From Chrysomallon squamiferum (lineage: Eukaryota; Animalia; Mollusca): DNA of 64,000 bases. The notes below the pieces were generated by a model. It was not told the origin of the DNA, ran no database searches, and was given only the letters and a program-made list of their open reading frames with translations. Positions 31,399 through 43,777 of this stretch are shown here, one piece after another; positions within the stretch are counted from its first letter, which is position 1; every line of letters begins with the position of its first letter. Location: positions 24,676,001 to 24,740,000 of the forward strand of contig CM022671.1 of NCBI GenBank assembly GCA_012295275.1. Reading direction: 5' to 3'. Position numbers and translations under genes: made by a program.

Positions 31399-33452
31399 AG
31401 AAGAAGAAAAACAATTAAGCTTCTACTCAGTGAATTACAAAAATGATTTATGACAAAGCGGGGGCTGGGGTGGGGTGGTGGGTTAATTCGCTTGTTTTAT
31501 TTTTAGGTCTCAGTTTTAGTTACGTAATGGGAAAATGAATAAATAATCGAAAACGCTGATAGCTATCAATGGAATGAAATTTATGTGCAGACTGTAAAAT
31601 GGCGAAATGGAACACAATACCTTTAACGCTTTACGTCGATGTTACTCAACCAGGCGCCAAGCTGTATTCACGAACAAATTATTTTAATGAAAGCTTCGTC
31701 TCACGCTTTCGAGCGTTATCATAGATCATCTGCAAAAACGTCAAAAAGGATTAAATCACCTAAGAGTTTATTAATTTTTCAAAGAAAGCGACATGTATTA
31801 AAAAAAAAAAAAAAAAAAAAAACACAACAACACACGAAATATATGGATTTTATCTATCTGAGGAAAGACTGAAAACACAACTCAAACAAATGACTCATAA
31901 TTTAATATATATATTTTTATTCTTTCTCAAGTTGACTGTTTGGCTATGTTAAACTCCTTTATCATTACATGAATATCTAGTTTATCACTGTAACTAATAT
32001 TTGTTCTTTAAAAGCTTGATCTCAGGTCACTAAATAAAATGTCCGTCTAACTTCAAAACACACACGCACACACACACACACACAGACACACTGAATATGA
32101 TCGTCATTATTATCACCTCCTTATGCTTATTCATATTATTATTCATATTATTATTAGTGTTGTTGTTGTTGCTACTGAGTCGAAGTCGTAGTGACCGGTG
32201 GAAGTTTTCTAAAACAATATCTGTTCTTTATAATATCGATATGGACGAAAAGTAAAACCACCGATTTTATATTTTACTTGATTCTAACCAAAGTTACCTT
32301 AATGCTACATTTAGTAACATGGCTTTGTTTCCTCACGTTCTCTATCGATTACGACCCGTTTTATGACGTCTTTAGTACTATGACGTCATCACACGACATC
32401 TTAACGAAATTGACGAGTGCACCGAAGTAGCTGTTTCCGTACCGTTTCTATGTGTAATCATTTCTCTTGGATCATTATCCTAGCGCTTTTCTCTCAGTGG
32501 ATTAAAAACCTTGGAAATAACTTAAAAACCCGTGAAGAAATTTTGCTTTCGTATTTTCTGTAAAATTTATTGGTACTTCCACAAACTGTAGTCACGGATT
32601 TATTTTCAGAATGAATGGCGAACGTTTATCGCAAGGAAACAAGGTTAGTCAAAACGGCGTTATCTCAAAACCAGTCTTTCCAGATCTATTGTTCTCATAG
32701 TATTGCTTTTTAGTCCGGTTAATTAACAAACGATTTTTACTTTTGAAGATATTTTGGATTAACTGAATAAATGGTATGTCTTTTGCGTATATTTACTCTA
32801 TCTTTTTAAATTTACAAATATATAAGGATATATTTGGAACCATTTAATTAATTCGAAATTTTTTTTTTTTTAAATTCAATTTTGTTTTCTACATAATTAT
32901 TCACTTTTTGTGAAAAAATCATGGGCGTTTGGCATCTTGTATAAATTTAGTGCGCTAAAGTGCGTTTTCGTGTAAACAACAAACATTTTATAAACGTACA
33001 GACGCTGAAAAAATCGACAGAGAGACCCATATAGTAAATACTCCTTTTATTCCTAATATAACTTTATTTTCTTTCACCAATTTCGCAGAATGCAATTGCA
33101 TGTCATGTCTACTCATTATATTTTGGTAGGCGAAAGAAAACAAATTTCCTGAAACAAATGCAAGAATTATAAATAAACTGTTAGTTATAATTAAGGAAAC
33201 CATTATGTCGAAGTAGTGTAATAAACAATGTTTTTACGTTTGTGAAGTTATTACGTTGTTTATGAAAAAGGAAGTAATATTTACAAACACGATCTTACGT
33301 TTAACATTAATTAGTTGATTAAGCAGGTCTTTCAAAGATAAAAAGCTTCGGGGTGTCAGCAGAGGAGGGGTGGCAGTTGTGTCAAATATTCTATAATTTC
33401 CTAATATTAAACCTGTGAAGGAAAGAAATGTACAGTGAACATTCTAAAACAA

Positions 33453-33503
<51 letters not shown>

Positions 33504-34559
33504 GAGCGTTCTTCTTCGTATTTCCTATGAGCCTTATTGCTGTAAAAATATATGTCCTGAATATCACAGAGTCAGTTGTAAATTATTTTATTTCTCAGTA
33601 TTAGCAAATAAATATAATTTGTGTAGCGGAACGTCGGGCTCAATAAGGCTTCAGCATGCATCATTAGCGAAACATTCATTTTCATTTTAACGACAAAACA
33701 CGGTACTGTAACATGCAAATTACCATAACACGAACACTTTGTGAATTCATAAACATTCTTGAACCAAAACGGAACATAAGTAAGTGTTTTCATTTCTTCT
33801 GAAACCTTTGTCCTCGACTGGCCATGCAGTTTATGATCAATAAACGCCGATCGTTGATGGGTCAGACATAGAACACAGTAGATCGCGAACTAACATGTTT
33901 TTACACTTGTTTTCTTTTTATCATTATATTAAACTGCTCTGTCGTCTTTGACTGAATACTTGTCAGTTTTGACAGGTTAGTAGAAATAAAAATTTCAGTG
34001 AATCGTTCAGTTGTGAAAATATTTATTTATTTATTTATTATAACTCGGTTTAATCCGGTAATAACAATCGATTAATAATAATAATGATGATGATGATCAT
34101 AATAATAATAATGATGATGATCATAATAATAATAATAATAATAATAATGTTATAATAATTGTAGTCGTATTTCTTCTTCTTCTTATAAATAGTAGTAGGT
34201 GTTATTTTACATATTTAAATACAAATATTATACAACGTAACATGTTAAAGCAGTTTTATTGCTACGAAGAAAAGCATAAGGTGGCCTAACCTTCATTTAA
34301 CAGGAAGTAATATAGCTCACATATTTGTTTGTTTTTTGTTTGTTGTACTTATTATTATTATTATTATTATTTATTTTATTTTATTTTTTATTTATTTTAA
34401 AGAGAAAAATTAATGCCGCGCCTCGCTAGAATTATTCTGAAAAAAACACCCAACAAGTAACCTCCCAATAAAAAAAACAAAAAACAAAGCCCCCCCAAAA
34501 ACAATAAAAAAAACCCCCAAAACACCCCCAACCCCGCAAAAAATTCCAAAAACAAAACA

Positions 34560-34593
<34 letters not shown>

Positions 34594-34682
34594 AAAAAAT
34601 AAATAAAAAAAATAAAGAACTGGCGAAAAATAGTGCTTGAGAGGCTGCTAAATCCTCCTAACATGAAAAAAAAAAAATAATA

Positions 34683-34724
<42 letters not shown>

Positions 34725-35215
34725 AAGAACAACATCAATACACACACAAAACCATACACTGCAGCGCCACTTCTTTTGCGACGACGACGTTTCTTGCCAG
34801 TAGGGTCTACACATTAGTTTTGACCTGTTACAATTAACTGTTAGCTAATTTTCTCATTGTTGTATGTATATAGCAAATTTAGAACAGTTTCTCGCACCAA
34901 CTGTTTGCCTATCTCGGGTATTTTGGTTTCTCTTTGGGTGTTTGTATACAGCAAACTGGAAAACAGCTTTCTGGTCTGTTTATTATGTTTCTTAGTTTGG
35001 TAACTTTTCTAATTAAATGATCCTAAAGCTAAGTTAAATGTTAGGTTTACAACTTTATACTTACCTAATATACGCCGTCAAAATTAACTTTGAATTTGTG
35101 TTTTATATTCACTCAGTATACAAATTACTTATAACTGTACAAGAGTGTTGCAGATTTTATAAAGATTTAGAGATTAAACTGTATGAATTTAGTATGCAGT
35201 TATTCATTCATTCAT

Positions 35216-35258
<43 letters not shown>

Positions 35259-35506
35259 CATCATTATTATGATTATTATTATTTCTTTCGCTATTACAGA
35301 ATATTATTACATAAATATACATATATATTTTTTTTCGGTATTTGCAACTGTTTTAATTATGTTGCTTTTCTAACAGAGTTAATTTTGCAAAATACCGCAA
35401 TACCTACTTTTACGAAATTACACAAACACAACCAAAAAAACAGATGCACACTCTGATCTGCATATGTATGTATGTATGTATACATATAATAGTAGTAAAT
35501 ATCTTC

Positions 35507-35537
<31 letters not shown>

Positions 35538-36054
35538 CCAATTCTTACTCAGGATGAAACCGGCCCAGAGGTAAGCCAGACCGACCCATCGTTATTAAAA
35601 CCGAAGGAGCGAGTCGACCTTGCCAAGCTGTGCTGGCTGCTAAACGACGCGGGAACACAGGCTTTGAGGATAACTTTCAACAACATCCACCCGCCCATCT
35701 CCCTCAAGGAACACCTCGCCCACTATCACGTGAAGGCCGTTTTACAGAGGTTGTTAGAATCCAGAGTTCTGAATCAAAAGCAGTGGTCGCTGCTTTACCC
35801 GCAGGGGAACAGGCAGTCCACGTCACAGCACTTCGATTCCAAACTGCTGTCCATCTTGCTGGAAACCATCTGTCACATGTCTCCGCCCTACCCAGGCGGC
35901 TGGGACACGTGGCCGCTGCAGATAGACAAAAGTATGAGCGCTGATCTAGTTCGTCTGCAGAAAAAATTCATACAGATAGGATCTTTAAGTTAGTGAATTT
36001 ATTTATTATTATTATTATTATAGTTGCTGCTTTTGTTAGTGTTATTTTCTTTTT

Positions 36055-36086
<32 letters not shown>

Positions 36087-36503
36087 ACTGTTGCTATTAT
36101 TATGATTAATATTGTCATAATTACTGTTGTCGTTGTTGTTTATATTGGTTTTGTTACATTAATACCTTTTCTTCTTCTTATGATTATTAGTATTAGTAGT
36201 AGATCTGATATTAATATTAATATTTCTTCTTCTTATTATTATTATTAATAGTATTAGTAGTAGATTTAATATTAATATTTCTTCTTCTTCTTATTATTAT
36301 TATTAATAGTATTATTATCTTGTTGTTGCTGCTGTTGTTGTGTAATGAATAGCAGTTGCAGTAACAGTAGTAGTAGTAGTTGAAGCAGCAGCAGTAATAG
36401 AATTAATAATAACAATAGTAATAGTAACAGTAATAATGGTAGTAATAGTAATAGTAGTAGTAGTAGTAGTTATAGTAATAGTAATAGCAGAAGTAGTAGT
36501 AGC

Positions 36504-36543
<40 letters not shown>

Positions 36544-37106
36544 TGGTAGTAGTAGTAGTTAGTAATACTAGTAAATTTAGAAAGAATGAAAAACATTAAT
36601 AACTGTCCGTTATTACATGTCAAACATAACTTTCCCAGGATGAGGTACAAGGAAGGAAATCTACCTTTGGATCAGAGAATGAATTTTAAATAGTAACTCT
36701 TAGTTCTTTCAACAGGAAACAGCTAGTTTGTCACCATGGTCTTTAATACGATTTTTTTTTTTTTTTTTTTTTTTTTACACCTCTAGGTGGCGTTCGAAAC
36801 GAGGAGTTTCCGGTCCTGTGGGAACAGGTAACAGACGTACTGGAGCGTCTCGGAGGCCACTATGTGAAGGTGCAAATCCAGCGGATTGAAAACGAATCCA
36901 TTCCTGGAGAAATGGTAGACCATTACATACGTTTGGTGAAGGAACTCTGGAGCTACGGACACGACAAAAGCATCAGACGTCTCAGACTACTTTATGGAAC
37001 TGCCAATAAATCGAAAATAGCTACTATAACCGCTGTTGAAAGCAAAACGAAAGCAGATGAAACGGAAGGTTTATTATTATTATTATTATTATTATTATAA
37101 ATATTA

Positions 37107-37166
<60 letters not shown>

Positions 37167-37970
37167 TCATTTTAGGCTTCAAAAGAAAACAAAAATAATT
37201 TTATTTTATTTTACGCTTTATGTCTCTGTACGTTTGATCGGAGATTAAATTCATCTTACTGTACGATTATCGTAAATGCTTCGTGTCTGTTAGAAACGGC
37301 AATAAAAGATCCCGTGTTGAAAAAGAGTGACAGCGTTTGTGCTTTTTGTCATCATTAAACGTTTTTGGAGAAATCAAGTAGTATTTTGAATATATATATT
37401 ATATATATATATATATATATATTTGTACAAGCAATTGTCACAAACAGTAACATATTATTTTGACCAGTGCTAAATAAAAATACAATTTCACTGTTTTATT
37501 TATTATTTATAATTTTTTAATAGTTTTTTTTTATTGTACATGCAAACATAAAAATATTTTTAAAATTATTTTCTTTTCACCTTTGCGAAATAAATCGCAC
37601 ATTTTTTAAACATTATTTTCATTGTACAAACAGATTTTGCTCACTTTTAGGTCTGAGTCTGGAAGATAAAACGGTGTTGACGAGGATGTCTAAATTTTTG
37701 GCAGACAACATCATTGCCGAAGATATTCTCGATCGTCTTCAGCAGGGGCAGTTAATCAAAATAGCCGACAGACAGGAGATCATGTCACATGCGAAGAACG
37801 CAGATCAAGTGTCGTTAATAGTGGAAAAGATTCAAAATTCGAAACTTTCGTATGGACTGAAATTGCTTTGCGATGCCCTGAAATTTAAATATCCAACAGT
37901 TTATGATGCTTTGATGAAATGCAGAAAAACGGTCTACAAACAAGGGGTGAAAGAAACGATAGGTAAGCAG

Positions 37971-38003
<33 letters not shown>

Positions 38004-38565
38004 AAATTTATGATTTGGAAGTGAAATTCTTGCCAGAGAAGAAATTATTCTGTACATATTTACCTTGGTTCTTTTATGTAATGTCTGGGGGCTTTAAAGT
38101 ACGCTGTAAATATAATTTCACATAATTAGAATCAATATAATTGATAAGAATTATGTAAAAGCACATGCCGTCATGTACAGTGTACATAAATTTCTGTTTT
38201 AAGACACATCGGTATTCAATTTCTGTAGCAACTGTTTTTCTATCACGCACAGTTATTGTTTATAATCTTGCTTACATATAATATAAATATACTTTGTTTC
38301 ATCACTGGACGAGATTCTTTAACTGATTGAATTTAAATGTATTGTTAATCTGATCAGGGATTTTGATATTTTACAGACTTAGTAAAAGTTTGTCAAGATG
38401 TTTTGACGACGGAGTACAAAAACGTGTATTCCAACTATTCTCCAGTTCCCTGGATAGAGAGTATGTGTATCGAAGTCTACGACTATTACATTCCTCTCGA
38501 CATAATCGATCAGCAGGGGTAACTTCACTTCTGTCATCGATAAATGAATTTATACTATTTACAAA

Positions 38566-38608
<43 letters not shown>

Positions 38609-38739
38609 GGAAATAAATAAATAAAAATTAAGAAAAATGAGAGAGAGAAAAAAAGTCAAAACGAGAAAGTGAAAAGGAGAGTATGTATGTTAGAGAATGA
38701 AACAGAGTGAGAGAGAAAATGTCTGTATGTGTGGTATAT

Positions 38740-38789
<50 letters not shown>

Positions 38790-38829
38790 AGAAAGACAGA
38801 GTCACAGACAGAGACAAACGCAGACAGAC

Positions 38830-38881
<52 letters not shown>

Positions 38882-41132
38882 AGACAGACAGACAGACAGA
38901 CAGAGATGGAGATCGCTATAATAGTATTGCTATGATATTTTTAAATTTAGAAACAAAGTGCCCCTGAGTGACATGCTGCCTGCTAAAAACACAGTAGGAC
39001 ATGGGAAAAAAGTCATCCTAGAAGGAATGTCTGGCAGTGGGAAATCCATCTTGGCAGCCGTTTTGGCTTCTTTGTGGGCAAACGATAAGAATTTCTTTAA
39101 TCATAAGTACGACTTCTTTCTTCTCATCGATGCTGAAGTTCTCGAAGAAGACTTCTTAAAATCAGTTTACAAGATGCTGCTTCACGATAACGGAAAGCTA
39201 AGTTTGAAAGAGTTCTGGTCAGTTTTGGAAGATAACGCTCGCAATGTGATGATCATTATAGATGGTTTTGATGACCGCACCGATTGCCAGGAGCTGATCG
39301 AGATTATGAATGGAACGAGACTGCGAAAAAGTACTGTGATGGTGTTAGTCACTCCAGAGATGCACGTTCGCAAATTTTTAACTCCCGATTATATGCTTTT
39401 TAACACAGGACTGGATGAAGATAACATGATGCACTTCGTCACGTTATATTCTAAGCTCCTTCATTTTAATCCAGATAGATTTGAGGCTTTCAAGGAATAC
39501 CTTAAAAAGAAAGACTGGCCTTTGCTCATACATTTGTCTTCCCCTTTCATTTGCCTGATGCTGCTCTTGGTGTATCATACAAACAAGCACATCAACTTGC
39601 TGAGTCTCAATACTTTGACCAGCCTATGTGAGCAGTTCTTCTATGTAATGTCGCAAAATGTTTGCAAAAAACTAAGCCTGGCTTTCATCGGCAATGAATT
39701 TCCCACTGCGGTCAATGACATAATGCTGGATTTAGAAAAAAAAGCTTTCTCGACTCTAATTTTAAACAAACCACCTGTCATAGAAGGGGAAACTTACAGA
39801 CGCCTGTCTGGTGTTTCCCTCTCTAGGCACGCGATTAGCAGCAGGAATATCGCTAAATCCAAATTTAAATTCATTTGCTCAGTGATGACAGACTTCCTTG
39901 CAGCCCGTCACATAGCAGATATGACGTTTGAAGATATGTTAAGAACGATTAGAGAAAACAAATTCTTGAAGAAATCGCGCTATGCTCAGCTCGTTGGATT
40001 TATATGTGGTATATACGGACAAGATACGGAAACACCAACCCTGGGCTTACTGTTCCGCGAACTCGTCAGTGGATGTTACCAGACTCATTTCAAAGCGTCA
40101 ATGAAAGAAGAAGAAAGTGAAGAGTATTCGGTGAAGACGCTTTCCGAACCAACATCAGCCCATATTTTGAATTACTCGCACATTCTGCACGGAGTCTCAG
40201 AATGTAGCGGGAAATATATTGCATCTAACATTGCGGGCACGACAGTAGCTCAGGTGATTTTCGTCAGAAGAGAAGGACTTTTTCACACCAATACGATTTT
40301 AGGAATGTCTCACCTTTTTCAGTCTCAGATCTGTAATGTAACACACTTAGAGATAAACCTCCTTCCTGTGTATCTTTATCAGACGCAGGTGTACACGCGA
40401 TTTGGAGAGGCACTTGGAGCAAACGAATTCCTAGCACACTTGAGAATTTACTGGTGGTCATTAGCTGTTTTGGCCAAATTCCTGAAAGTGCTAATGTACA
40501 ATGCCAAATCTTTGGAAACTCTACATATCGAGGACTGTACAAAAGCACCGTTGACTAAAATTGCAGCTGCCACATGGGATGACCTTCGTGATGTCTGTGA
40601 AAACCTCAGACATTTAAAGAAGTTCATGTTTCATAACTGTAAAACTGCTGCGGTAATTTGTCACGTTTTCCAGAAAATTCCAAACACTATTCAGGAACTG
40701 GACTTCACTGGAAGTCCATTCAATCTCATGTGTGCCAGCGAAGTGGCAGCATACCTGGAAAAATCCAGCTCGTTAAGACTTCTCAATCTGTCTAACACAA
40801 AACTGCAGAGTTCGGGACTAAATGCTTTAGCGCAGGGAATAAAACTCTCAAATTCTATACAAGAACTGAACATTTCCCGAATAGATCTGGACAAGGTAGG
40901 CATTGCTGCTATTGCTGAATCTATCAAGTTAAGCACCTCGCTGGTGACCCTTGACCTCAGCCACTCTGAACTGACCTTCTACATGTGTCAAAAGCTCGCT
41001 GATGCTATTCTCCACTGCAGGTCCATGAAAAAACTAATTCTTGTTTCGTCTAAAGTATCTTCACACGGACGTGCGGCCATCTCTTCAATAACCCATCGCA
41101 AAGTGAACCAACTGAAAGTTGTCGGATTGTGA
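27233..41132 (+). CDS. NLR-family protein: DZIP3-like HEPN, CARD/death fold, NACHT, LRR; ~1136 aa
   Basis: Exons 27233-27289 (or alternative 32611-32643), 35553-35988, 36787-37068, 37651-37962, 38377-38518, 38951-41132; all GT-AG, 3411 nt in frame. HEPN_DZIP3-like segments: LAKLCWLLNDAGTQALRITFNNIHPP, LNQKQWSLLYP, FDSKLLSILLETIC, GWDTWP, SADLVRL, WEQVTDVLERLGG. The CARD-like exon reads LTRMSKFLADNIIAEDILDRLQQGQLI...LLCDALK. Walker A GMSGSGKS, Walker B IIIDGFDD, HD1 SPFICLML, WHD FKFICSVMTDFLAA. RI-type LRRs include IQELDFTGS, LRLLNLSNT, IQELNISRI and LVTLDLSHS. The first exon is less certain than the rest. Confidence 0.88.
27653..27917. mobile_element. Foldback MITE with ~15-bp subterminal repeats in NLR intron 1
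   Basis: The left arm has repeats of GACAAAATG(T/C)CAAC; the right arm has the inverted copies CATTTTGTCC and GTTGACATTATGTCC. Confidence 0.55.
32611..32643 (+). CDS. Candidate alternative first coding exon of the NLR (MNGERLSQGNK)
   Basis: TTTTCAG|A ATG AAT GGC ... AAC AAG|GTTAGT. It is phase 0 like exon 27233-27289, and is preceded by a CpG-rich patch with TGACGTC motifs at ~32170-32440. Confidence 0.45.
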
Positions 41133-41767
41133 AAATCCACGTTTCCTTCACAAATACAAAAATCAAATTTGTTTGTATAGATATTGAAACATTTCATAAA
41201 AAACATTACTTTACTTATTTAATGCAAATTTATAAAAACAAAACGGGAAGAAAAAATATAATAAATTAAGAAAGACAAAAAAAGTATTTGCTTAGAAAAA
41301 ACAAGTAAAATAACTATGATGAAATGTATAACGGATGTATATAATTTATATAATTTTACTAATATTTGCTTCATGTATATAATTTATTACACTAATATAC
41401 GATGCTTTATTTTTTTTTTTATATATATTTTTTAAAATTTATTATTATTAATACACATTTTAATTTTTATTAAATGTTATTTTTTCACCTTTTTACATTT
41501 TAAAAACTAATGTTAATGAATTTTAAATAAAATAATAAAAGAAAAAAAGAGAAAACTTTACAAGTGTTATTTTTTCTTTATTTTTTTGAATGCTTTATTA
41601 AATAAACAATGAAATTTATTTCAGAAGTTGTTTAAACTCATATTCGTACTTAGACTTGAAAAATACACATTATATACATATTATACTGTAATTATACAAT
41701 AAACCATATTACTAAATAAACATTTATATTTAAAAATTATAAGAAAGAAGAATAAAAACCATATATA

Positions 41768-41801
<34 letters not shown>

Positions 41802-42211
41802 TAAGAAAGAAAGAAGAGAGAAAGAAACGAAAAAAAAAAAAATAAAAAGCATATACAAAATAAAAATAAAACGAATTTAAAAAAAAATAATGGAAGTAAA
41901 TATATAAAATAAATAAATAAATAAATAAATAAATAAACAAATAAGTTTCGGAGATGTCGTAACTTCCTTAACATCTGATCGAATAACTGTTTTTGTTTTT
42001 ACGATTTTGATATTAATATACATGAAGGTTATTCTGGACTAGAACAAAAATTCGTAGCATTTATAATTTACTTGGCGTTTGAGTGTATGATTTTGTTGCA
42101 CCCATGATGAAATATGTGACACACACAAACATATATTGTGAGAGGTGACTGAAAATGGCACCATTGTGCCTGAATAAATCTGTGTACAAATATATCTAAA
42201 TACTTCCGCTG

Positions 42212-42246
<35 letters not shown>

Positions 42247-42482
42247 AGGATTCATATTCTACTAATAAATGCTATAAAAATTAAAAGCCGTGGAGGTGAT
42301 GAAATCTGATATGGAGATATCTTAAAAGAATTTGAAAAATCACAGTAAAAACATTATTTTATTATTTTAATTAACAGAAATAACAGAATTTTAACGAAAT
42401 GCAGAAATTTCTTCACAATCTGATTATTTCCGTATTTTTCTTTCATGATTTCCCTGTAACTTAAAGGATAAATTATCTTTTA

Positions 42483-42532
<50 letters not shown>

Positions 42533-43187
42533 TGATGATGATGATGATGATGGTGTTGGTGATGAAAATAAAAAGAAGAGAACTAACATTGACAGTGTGA
42601 TATTTCTATATACTTAAACGAATAGCTCTATTATATATAAACACATATTTCCATATTAATCCTTATATATATCGAAACATTAGTCTTTAAAATGAATAAT
42701 TTACAAATATTTATCCTAACTGGATTAGAACTAATTAATATTCCGCTTCAGTTCCTAAGTGGCTCAAGTTTTAATTATTAATATTATATTTGTTTTTCAA
42801 ATTAAATTTTATTATAATGTTATCCATATTGGCGGTCAATTACTGAAAGGCTCAATTATATAATCAATTATAGAGACATTAAAATAAACCATTTAGAATA
42901 ATTACAACAACAACAACAAATCAAATGAAATAGCAATTAATATAGTCACACTTATTAGTTAAACGTTAAGGGAGATAACTCTAATAAACTAAATAGTACA
43001 TCAGGCTAATTTTTTTCAAAATATTCATCTTTTCCCTCCCGCTTTTGGAGGCAATAATTTTGGAAACAGTGATTTTGAAATTCTTCTGTGTGATAAAAAC
43101 AGTTAAAAAATCAGACGATATAACTTCAGCAAAATCATGTGACTGGTGATATCAAAATAGCACAAACGTCTATCTCTGCCTTTGGTC

Positions 43188-43739
43188 ATGAAAGTATGCA
43201 TTCGCTTGTTTGCCGAGATGAGCAAACGATTATTCGAATCGAAACATCATACGCAAATATATGCGAAATATAGACCGACATATGGCCAAAAAGTTTATGA
43301 CAAAATAATAAATTTTTATCAAGAAACTTGCAATGATTTTAAACTCGCTTTGGATGTTGGTTGTGGTTCGGGTCAAGGTACTAAACCATTGGCCAAGTAT
43401 TTTGAGAGTGTCATAGGTATCGATATTAGTGAAAAGCAAATAGAAGCTGCTTCAACGAATATTGCGAATATAAAGTTTCAGGTGGGATCTGCGGACGATC
43501 TTCGTTTCCTTGGAGACAACAGCACTGATTTGATAACAGTAGCCCAAGCTATTCACTGGATAAACACTGAAGGTTTTTATACCGAGGCAGAACGAGTGTT
43601 AAAACCAGGAGGTTCCATTGTTGTTTATGGTTATGGCATCTGCAACCTTGATAACAAACTAGCGCAAGATATTTTCATAAAGGTGGATTAGACTGTTTTC
43701 TAGTTCATAATTTTGAATTAAAAAAAATTTTAATTTTTA

Positions 43740-43777
<38 letters not shown>

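Noticed and set aside
35571-35576. Strong internal donor GAG|GTAAGC 18 nt into the first HEPN exon
   Set aside because: Using it gives phase 0, incompatible with the downstream phase-1 and phase-2 exons, and HEPN homology continues past it.
35630-35944. 104-aa overlapping ORF, and ORF 38363..38572
   Set aside because: Both are off-frame shadows of true NLR exons.
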